A stretch of DNA of 64,000 bases from Psammoneis japonica (taxonomy: Eukaryota), in contig QPGO01000134.1 in assembly GCA_008632985.1 (NCBI GenBank), positions 124,001 to 188,000 on the forward strand, given 5' to 3'. Numbering within the stretch: the first letter of the stretch is position 1; each line of letters opens with the position of its first letter. The position numbers and the translations under genes are program-made. Below are positions 12,451-21,680 of the stretch, piece by piece. Under the pieces are notes generated by a model. The model was not told where the DNA came from. It ran no database searches and saw only the letters and a list, made by a program, of their open reading frames with translations.

Positions 12451-15400
12451 GGGCATCGACGAAAGCCCCCTGCCGATGGAAGATTGGACCAATCAGAGCG
12501 CTTCATTCCAAGAATGCACGTTGCAATGCTCGGGGCTTTCTAAAAGAATGCACATCATCATCACTTGACGATCAATGCAACACAGACACAGCCACCTCGG
12601 TTCATCCATCTCAGACGGATGTGCCACAGTCTGAGCACTGGCACTCTGACAAAGACACCACACACAAAATTCAAACTCCTCCCGTCTTTTTTTCATCTCA
12701 CTCATCATCAGTGCCAACCTGCACAAGAGAGTTCTGAGAGAAGGAATTGCAGCAGAATGGAGAAGTGTTTCTCCCATGAGCTTCCCAGCACCATGGGTGT
12801 TCAGTCTCAGACTCGAAAGGCAGCCACGAAAAAAGCAAAGGAGCGAGCTTTTTCTGGAGTTGCTAAGTTGTCGGGGAAAAACACGCCTCGGTTTACAACA
12901 TCACCGGCGGCGGAGGCAGAATCGCAAATTCTGACTCTGCCAAACAGTCGTGCTACTCAAGAAAAGGTTGTTGAGTGCAAAAGGTGCAAACAAGGGCCCT
13001 CCTACAAAAAGGGTCATGACACGAGCTGCCCAAAATCCATCTGCTGTGGAAAGAATGTGAGCACCGAGCGAAACGCGGCTGTCCATCGCTTCATTGCTGG
13101 CAACGCAAGAAAGAACGCAAAAAAGCTGCCGGGTTGTCAGGCCCCAACTGAGGAAGGCATGGAGGCACTGTTCTGCAATGGCACCAGGGCTTCAAAAAAC
13201 AACAAGCCATCTGCAACGACCGTCTCGTCGCCGACTGCCACTGCCAACGCCACTGCCAACGCTGCTGCTGCTGCCATCAGCACCATCACGTCGAATGGCA
13301 TGGAGCATTCTGGCAACATTGTTGAAGAAGATCCTCTCTCAGAGAGGTGCTCAAGAGAGAGATTCGGAAACGAATTGAAACATGTAAAAAAAAGAAGATT
13401 CCTTGTCCTGCACCCATTCAGGCTTTGATTTTGTGCCTTCTGGACTTGTGTCCATCTCGGTTTCATGCGGACTCAAATGAGATCATGGGCGGAGAGGTGG
13501 GTGCCAAGAAACTTAAATGGCATCAGAAGAATTTTCCTTCCGGCACCATGTCATTTACAGTGCCACGTGATGACACAACCAAAACTCCCGACAACCTCTA
13601 CAGCGAGATTGAAGGCGTTACAATCCATTTGCTCCGCTGGGAATTGAACTTCATTGGCACATTTTTGCCATGTGTCGATGGATGTGATGACGGCGAGATG
13701 ATGCATCAGCAGTTTGACATCAAGAAGGAGCATTCGCCGACTCCAGCATTGAAAGTTAGTGGCACTGCTGATTGGACAAGCTCAATGCTCTACAAGTGCA
13801 ACAAATGTGGCTGCAAATGCAAGGCGAACGATCCCAAGCTAATTAAGAAGCTGCCGAGGCCTCCACAAACAAGCCATCCCGTGGATCTACGATGTGCAGC
13901 CGCGAATCCGTCTTTTCACCTGTCGCTCGAAACGTCACGACATGTGGACCATGCCATGAAGAAGTGCAGCAATGGTGATGACATGTCTGCTTTTCTTCAT
14001 CAACAAAGAGGCGAGACTTTTGTTGATAAAGAGGAAAATTACCATTCTTTGTTAAAAGATGCTGGCGGAGGGAATGCGACGGGTTTGTCGGTGTTCGAGG
14101 ATTGGGTCGGTCGCCATGGACCCACTGGACAAAATGTGAGAGATGTGTGTGATTTTGTCGGCAATCAAACCTTGCCGAGACCGGAATGAGCGACAACATT
14201 CGGCACACGAGGGAAATGCAATCCGTTGGTTGTCGCATCAGTGTTGCGTCCGACCACACTTTTGACCAATCAAAGAATTGCAAAGACAACAACGGCAAGG
14301 GACTCTTCACCATGGCCACAGAGACTGGAGAGATTGGCACAGCTGCAGCAGTGCCAACATTGGAAACAAAAGACCATGCGCGTGCAGCTGAACAGTTTGC
14401 GAGGCGTCCAAATGTCAAACCTCAAGTGCATTGCTCTGATGCTTGGCCTGACAAGGAAGAGTTTTGGAAGCAAATTTTTGGTCAGGACATTGCATGCAGG
14501 CTTGGTCTTTGGCACTGGACAAACCGCATCATTCGGACTTTACGAGGCACTCACATTGATTGCCATCGTGCGGTTTGTGATTTAAAGGATTGCGTCCGGT
14601 GCAACGATGAATCCGACGAGGCGAAGGTAGTTGATGCTCTCATCTTTGGGAAACTTGGCGGGAAGAAGAACACGATGGAAGAAATTGAGGAAATCAAGAA
14701 CAGCAAGAAGTGGAACAACTGCAAGAAGTGCATTCGAAGGTGGACTTACCCACTCGAAACACAGAACAAGCATCTGGAATCTTGGTTCGATCGGCACAAG
14801 TGCTCTGCATCTCCCGGCGCGGCAGAAGCTGGCGGACGGTGTGACCCAGACTCTGGGAAGCCGCTTTTTACGGAAGATACAAAGCCAGCGGTTGAAAACG
14901 CAAAATTGTCGGCTCGTGGACTCAATGAGCCGCTGCCACGTGAAGACTTGTGCAGAGTTGTCAAGCCTTCAAAATGGTCCAAGTGCAAGCTCGACACGTT
15001 TGTAACAACCACTGGCACGGAATCAAAGCTTGAAAAGTGTCACCACATCGTCAAGCATTTTGGAAACACTGGTTCAAGATCCTCTCTGACAGATGCACTG
15101 TGCCTTGCAGGAATGTGTGAACACAACATGTCAATGCAAGAGCGTGTCCGAATGGACGAACTGACGGCTGACGAGCGCGCCAAGATTCCGCACGCCTTTC
15201 GAGGCATTCCCACTTTTCTCAACCACAGCAAGCTCGACTGCATCAACAAGCTGGCAGAGAAAGCAGGAGTGCCCCATCCTGTGCACAGGAATGTCGAAGA
15301 ACTAAAAGAAGACAATGGTGAGCGGCATTTTTCAGCTTGCCCGGAGCAATTAGAGCGCGTGAGAGAGCAGCTCGAAATGAGAAGTGCTGCAACCGGCGCA

Positions 15401-16176
15401 GCAGCAGCAGCATCCGGAAAAAAATCTGACAGATGCATGTGCAACAAGTGTGGCACAAGAAACCCATGTTCAACCCGTTCTAACCCAACAGCAAGTGTGG
15501 AGAATCCACACAAAAGAAAATCCAAGTCTCAACAACCGCAGCCGTCTGAGGAGCCGCGCGTGAAAAAAGTGAAACCTTGAATTTGCAAGAGGTCGTTCCA
15601 CCAAGACAGCTGCCACCAGTGCCGATTGCACCACACCCCGTTCCATGTTCTGTTCCATGTTGTACTCCGATTCAAGTCAATCCCTTTTGGAACAGTGTGC
15701 CAACAGTTTTGCCACTGTTGCAGATGCCGCCGAATCTGCAGTCGGATCTGAACCAAAAATGCTGCTGTTGCCGAGCGAGGGAATTCCATCTTTCAAAAAC
15801 AAACTTGTTGGGGGTGGCTGCTCGAGGAAGAGCACCACACGATGAACAGTGTTCATCAAAGCAGTCTCTAAATGTAGATTCATTGCTCACCTTTTGATTC
15901 TAGCCCATGGTTGCATCTCGAATTGGCGCCGAGACGGAAGATGGGAAATGGGGGGCGGTGGCGCCTAAATAAAATCAACCGTGGAAATTTTTTATGCGCG
16001 ACAGGCTTGTGATCTGCATCTTCAACGCCACAAAAATGCGACAACACAACGCACCTTGCACTCACTTCCGCCATTGCTGCGTTCTTCTCCTCTCTTCCTT
16101 CCTTCTCTCTTGTTGTTACAGCAGCAACGGGGTCGCTTCGCTCCCCCTCTCCCCCCCTCTTCTTCCGTCGGCACCC
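12451..16176 (+). mobile_element. DNA transposon copy 2, decayed; flanked on both sides by CCCCATTTTC
   Basis: Collinear with 8716-12440 over its full length, with the same terminal inverted repeats. CCCCATTTTC lies at 12441-12450 and about 16178-16187. Confidence 0.8.
12757..15897 (+). pseudogene. Transposase pseudogene, copy 2
   Basis: Fragments 12565-13428, 13347-14189, 14186-15580 and 15577-15897. Frameshifts fall at different positions from copy 1. Confidence 0.75.
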
Positions 16177-16289
16177 CCCCCATTTTCGGCGGGGGGGGTC
16201 ACGAGGGCACAGGACAGTTGTCCAGCTGGGGCTTTGATTGCAAAACTGATGCTTTGCAGGCCAAATTGAGAAAGTGTGGTGGTGGCAGG

Positions 16290-16451
16290 TGCAGTGTCTC
16301 GCACCCCATTTTTCTGACACACAGTGTCAATGAATCCATTAGACACAACGGAAGCCGTTGCAACGGGCTTCGCTGAAAGCGACCCTTGTTGCCTCGGTCT
16401 TTTGCTCACAATTTTGTTGTCACTAAAGTCTTTATCTCGTTAGACCTTGCA
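16290..16451 (+). repeat. 5' LTR
   Basis: TGCAGTGTCTCGCACCCC...GTTAGACCTTGCA. By my alignment it has 12 substitutions and no indels versus the 3' LTR. Confidence 0.95.
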
Positions 16452-16480
16452 CTGTAATTACAGTCGATTCAAAGAACTGG

Positions 16481-16696
16481 ATGGAGACTGGGAACAACAC
16501 AAACAAATTGACTGAACGTGAGAAAAGAGAACTACGCGCAAGAGCAGCAGTTTGGGCCATTGAGCACCAGAAACAAGTGCAACAGCGTAAACGACACGAG
16601 CAGAATTTGGCGAGCCGAGTGCATCATTTGGAGTCAAAGGTGGAGTCCCTGGAAAGGACCATTGAACAATTGCATTCCCTTTTTCATGATGAGTGA
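16481..16696 (+). CDS. Small coiled-coil ORF upstream of gag
   Basis: ATG-initiated 71 aa with a heptad pattern (LASRVHHLESKVESLERTIEQLHSL); overlaps the gag start. Confidence 0.45.
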   Translation: METGNNTNKLTEREKRELRARAAVWAIEHQKQVQQRKRHEQNLASRVHHLESKVESLERTIEQLHSLFHDE

Positions 16697-17906
16697 ATCG
16701 TTGAAGGAGCCTTGCACCAGCTGTGAAGCCAAATTTGAGCATTCTGACTTGGAGGACGTGAAATTGACCCAATCGCATGATGACGGCAGCACTCGTACAA
16801 AAAAGTGTCCGCGTTTTGATGGCACTCATGGCATTGAAGCATTGTCATTCGTTGAGGATCGTTTTTGTAAAATTGCTGTGAAACTGGAGCACACTGCTGG
16901 CGAGGAGTTGTTCGAAAATTTCGAGGAAGTGCTCGCGGATGCGGCAGAGGACAAATGGGCGAATTTGACCAACGCAATTGACGATGCCGACAAAACTGTC
17001 GAGCGTTTTGATCAGGAAATCAATCGTTTTTACTTGTCTCATTGTGACAATGAAGCGCGCGATGCGATGATTGAACATTTGCCAACTTTGAAAAAACCAC
17101 TCAAATCTGAAGTGCAGGCGCACGCGGATTGCATGGAAACCTTGATTCGGCACTCCAACAAACTTCCGGGAAATGCTCCTCAAGTCAACGAAGCTCAGAA
17201 GAAAAAGATGACATTCGACAGCTTCCCTCGTCCGTGGCGTGAGATGTGTGCTCGAGCAGGACGAGCGACAGCGAACGATGCTCTCGCTGAGATCATCAGT
17301 CACATGAACAACGAGAAATCTTTTGCTGACAAGAGTGGCAACAAGAAGCAGGACAAGAAGAGGAAAGGCAACAGTGCTTCGTCTCAAGCTTCAAGATGCT
17401 CTCGTGGCAACAGCGGTGGAACGGATCCAGAATTTAGATGCCCGGTGCACACGAATCACAACCACAAGTGGAAGGATTGCATTTTGAATCCAGAAAGCCA
17501 AAACTGTCGGCCGAGGTCCGACCGTGGCGGTCGTGGCGGAGGCCGTGGTGGAGGCCGAGGAAACTGCCAAGGCAGAGGACCCCAAGGTCGAGGCGGTCGT
17601 GGCAACTTCCAAGGTCGAGGCCGTGGCAATTGTGGCAATCAAGGAGGACATGGAGGCCGAGGTTGCGGCAATTGTGACAACTCCCAGAATTCTCAAGGGA
17701 ATGGATCCCATTGTCAAAATCAAAACGGCACCCAAGTCAACGGTGATGCCCAAGGCTGTGGAAATCCGGCTGGAGCAGCTCCTCCTGGTGGCTGGCAAAT
17801 GGAGTCGCACCATTTTGATCAAGGAGGGCCTCGTGAGATGCGAGGTGGAAATGGATGCGATCAGAACGGTCGCACCCATCAAGGCCAACGAAGTTGGCGT
17901 AATTGA
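16686..17906 (+). pseudogene. Gag-like ORF of the Gypsy element
   Basis: Long ORF with a CPVH-x4-H-x4-C zinc knuckle and an RGG-rich tail, lying between the 5' LTR and pol. Confidence 0.8.
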
Positions 17907-20900
17907 CAAGGGACGGAAGCACCTGAGTCAGAGCGTGTCGCTCAATCTTTTTGTGTTTCGTGCGATTGTGAAGAAAATGTGTGTTTTAATGTTGATGACA
18001 ATGTGGGAGACCTGATGGAATCTCATGCTGTGAATGAAGAAAAATTGGGCGGCGTTTTGGAGTGCGCTGTGCCAACCCCTAAAACTGCGACTCCTGAACC
18101 ATTGAATGTGGTGCCAACGACGTTGATGGCGGCGCGCACCATTCAAAATCAAGAGAGCAAGCGAGTGTTGCGCGTGTTGTTGGATTCAGGAGGTGCTGAC
18201 ACTCTTGTTCATTCTTGAGTTTTGCCGAAGGGAGCGAATCCGACCATGAACGATGAAGGACGGTTGAGTTTTCAGACGGCAGCCGGACGACATGAATCCT
18301 CCCGATGCGTTGTCATGAAGGACTTGACATTGCCAGAATTTGACAAGTCAAAACAAGTCGATGGCATTGCGGCTCAAGTTTTTGATGCCCCATGCAAGTG
18401 TGACACAATTTTGGGACAAGACTTTTTGTTGAAGGCTGGAATCGTGCTTGATTTTCGATTTGGAACAACAAAGTGGTTGGGAACGTCGATCCCAATGAAG
18501 CAATCCAATCATTGGAACTCAGTTCAGAATTGGTTGGACACACTGGAAGACGACGGAGAGGACGAAGACGATGAGGAAGCCTTCGGACAATCTTTTATGA
18601 TGGACGCCAAATGCGAGAAAGTGTCATCTGTGAAAGTGGCGCAAGCTCAAACTCACTTGACTCAAGAACAACGTGATGAACTGCAGGCAGTGCTTGAAAA
18701 GCATGAAACCCTCTTTGATGGAATGCTTGGCAAACACCCGCATGAGACTGTTCACTTGGAAGTTGATCCCAACGCTGTCCCCTTCCATTCTAAGGCTTGC
18801 GAAGTGTCCAAGAGGGATGAAGCCGTTTTTAAGAAAGAATTGCAGCATTTGTGTGATGTTGGCGTGCTGGAACCAGTGGGACCAACTGAATGGGCAGCCG
18901 GAACTTTTGTGACTCCCAAAAAGGATGGACGAGTTCGACGGGCATCCGATTTTCGAGAGTTGAACAAAGTGCTCAAGCGAAAGGTCCATCCTCTGCCGAT
19001 CATTCAAGACGTTATTCACCGACGCTCGGGATGCAAGCATTTGACCAAATTGGACCTCACTGTGTTTTATTGTCATGTCGAACTTGACGAAGAATCCAAG
19101 GATTTGTGTGCCATCGTCACTCCGTTTGGAAAATTTCGATGCTGTCGATTGGCCATGGGTTTGAAACCCTCTCCCGACATTGCTCAAGCCATCATTGAAA
19201 AAGTGGCAAACGGAGTCGATGTTGAAACTTACATCGATGACATTGCTCAATTTGATGATTCGTTTGATGCTCACATGCATCGACTTGATGAGCTGTCATC
19301 CAGACTAGAAGAGAACAACTTGAAAATTAACCCACTCAAGTGCGAATGGTGTGTCCGAGACGGATTTTTTAGGCCATTGGCTCACGCCTGCAGGAGTCCA
19401 ACCATGGAAGAAGAAAGTGGAAGCGGTGCTACGAATGCAACCACCTAAAACTGTGACGCAACTACGATCGTTTGTCGGTGCGGTGACTTGTTGTCGCAAC
19501 ATGTGGCCTCGTCGCTCACACGTGCTCGCTCCACTCACGAAGTTAACAGGCAAGAGCAAGTTGGAATGGACCCCTGAATGTCAACGAGCCTTTGAAGACA
19601 TGAAAACCTTGATGCTGGACGACACCCTTTGGGTCTACCCGGATCATGACAAGCCATTCCACATTTGTGCTGACTCTTCGGACTGTCAGATGGGAGCCGC
19701 AATTGTGCAAGACGGGAAACCAGTGGCTTGCTGGTCCCGAAAACTCAGCGCAGCACAACAGAACTGCTCTGCGATTGAAAAGGAATTGTTGGCGGTGGCA
19801 ATGTGTTTCAAAGAATTTCGGAGCATGTTGTTTGGAGCTGACTGCACTGTTTTTACGGACCACAAAAATCTCACCTTTCATGCGCTCAATTCTCAACGAG
19901 TTCTTAGGTGGCGACTCTTCTTGGAAGATTTTGCCCCAACTTTCGAGTGCGTTGATGGCAAAGACAACCTCTTGGCGGATTGTTTTTCAAGATTGCCGCG
20001 TGTGGACCCTCCTGTGGAAGGGAAGTGTGCTCCTGACAAGGGCAAACTGATTGATTTTAAGGCGATCGACCCTGCCATGCTGCCGCATGAAGAAGAACTG
20101 GATGACCAAAACCGTGTGTCTCATTTTTCCTGTCGTCGTGAAGAACCATCTCCATTTTACTCTTCTGTCGTGGACGACCCCGAATTGTGTGAATCATTTT
20201 TGAACTGTCCTTCTCTCGAGGAAATGCAAAACCCCACAACTGTGCAACGAATTCAAGAACACCAATTCGTCGACGTGGAGCTGAACAATGTGCGACAACA
20301 ATGTCCAGAACGCTTCGTGGTGAAATGTGTGAATCAGCGTCCTGCAATTTGTTGTCGTGCTCGACCGAATGATCTTCCAACTGCGTGGAAAATTTGTGTT
20401 CCAACGGTGTTGCTGCATGACATCATACGATGGCATCACAGGATTTTGGGACATGCAGGAGTGCACCGAATGCATTCCACTGTTGGCGCACATTTCTGTC
20501 ATCCTGCCCTTCGTCAATCCTGTGAAGGATTTCATTGTGCTGATTGTCAATGTTTGAAAACTTCAGGCCCTGGATGTGGGGACCTGCCTGAACGAGAAGC
20601 GCCTTTGTCACCATGGACGGAAGTTGCGGTTGATCTCATCGGTCCCTGGAAGATTGAAATTCAAAACCATGAAATCGAGTTCAACGCTTTGACTTGTGTT
20701 GACACTGTTTCGAATGTGACTGAACTCATTCGCATCGAAAACAAAACCTCGTCTCACATTGCCCAACAATTTGAAAATTGTTGGTTGTCTCGTTGTCCTT
20801 GTCCCAACCGTTGCATCCATGACAATGGTGGAGAATTCGTTGGAGAGGACTTCCAATTGCTGTTGCAACAAGCGGGAGTGGAAGACACTCCGACTGCGTC

Positions 20901-21400
20901 ACGAAATCCACAAGCCAATGTGGCATGCGAGCGCATGCATCAAACTGTTGGAAATGTCTTGCGCACTTTGCTTCATGTTTGTCCTCCACAGAATGTTGAG
21001 CAGGCCAATCAACTGGCGAACAATGCATTGGCAACCGCCATGCATGCAATGCGATGTGCGGTTTCTCGTGCTCTCAAGATTTCACCCGGTGCCATGGTTT
21101 TTCAACGTGACATGATTCTTGACTTGCCGGTCCTAGCCGATCTTGCTGCCATTCAAGAACACCGACAAGCAATTGTTGATGCGAATCTCCATCGAGCCAA
21201 CGCTAAACGCCGATCCTGCGATTTTCAAGTTGGTGGACACGTTCTACTCAAGTCTGTCGATCCCACCAAGCTCAAAACCACGAGCTCACAGTCCATGTCC
21301 CATCATTCAAGTGCACGCTAACGGCACGATTACGGTCCAACGTGCACCTCATGTGACAGAACGATTGAATGTTCGTCGCGTCGCACCGCATCGTACCTGA
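17907..21400 (+). pseudogene. Pol (protease, RT, RNase H, integrase), disrupted
   Basis: LLDSG protease, DFRELNK and YIDD (RT), ADSSD..EKELLA..TDHKNL (RNase H), H..LGHAG and VDLIGP..HDNGGEF..NPQAN..ERMH (integrase). TGA at 18216; frameshifts near 19350 and 21280. Confidence 0.92.
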
Positions 21401-21501
21401 GGTTGAGGGTTTTCTCCCCAACATTTGGGTTTCCCTTCTATCCTCATCCATTGGAATTTGAAAATTTTTGAGTCCCGCATGATTCTCGACACTCGAATCA
21501 T

Positions 21502-21513
21502 GGAAGGGAAGAG
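21502..21513 (+). other. Polypurine tract
   Basis: GGAAGGGAAGAG immediately 5' of the 3' LTR. Confidence 0.85.
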
Positions 21514-21675
21514 TGCAGTGTCTCGCACCCCATTTTTCTGACACACAGTGTCAATGAATCTATTGGATGTAACGGAAGCCGTTGCAACGGGCTTCGCTGA
21601 AAGCGACCCTCGTCACCTCGGTCTTTCGCTCACAATTTTGTTGTCGCCAAAGTCTTTATCTTGTTAGACCTTGCA
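21514..21675 (+). repeat. 3' LTR
   Basis: Direct repeat of 16290-16451, followed by the TSD GCAGG. Confidence 0.95.
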
Positions 21676-21680
21676 GCAGG

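Larger units (their letters stand above)
16290..21675 (+). mobile_element. Full-length Ty3/Gypsy LTR retrotransposon, inactivated
   Basis: Direct 162-bp LTRs (TG...CA), 5-bp TSD GCAGG at 16285-16289 and 21676-21680, polypurine tract before the 3' LTR, domain order gag-PR-RT-RNaseH-IN. Confidence 0.96.

Noticed and set aside
16165..16315. Similarity between the transposon end (GCACCCCCCCCATTTTC) and the LTR start (GCACCCCATTTTTC)
   Set aside because: Short and homopolymer-driven. The Gypsy TSD and boundaries are fully explained without it.
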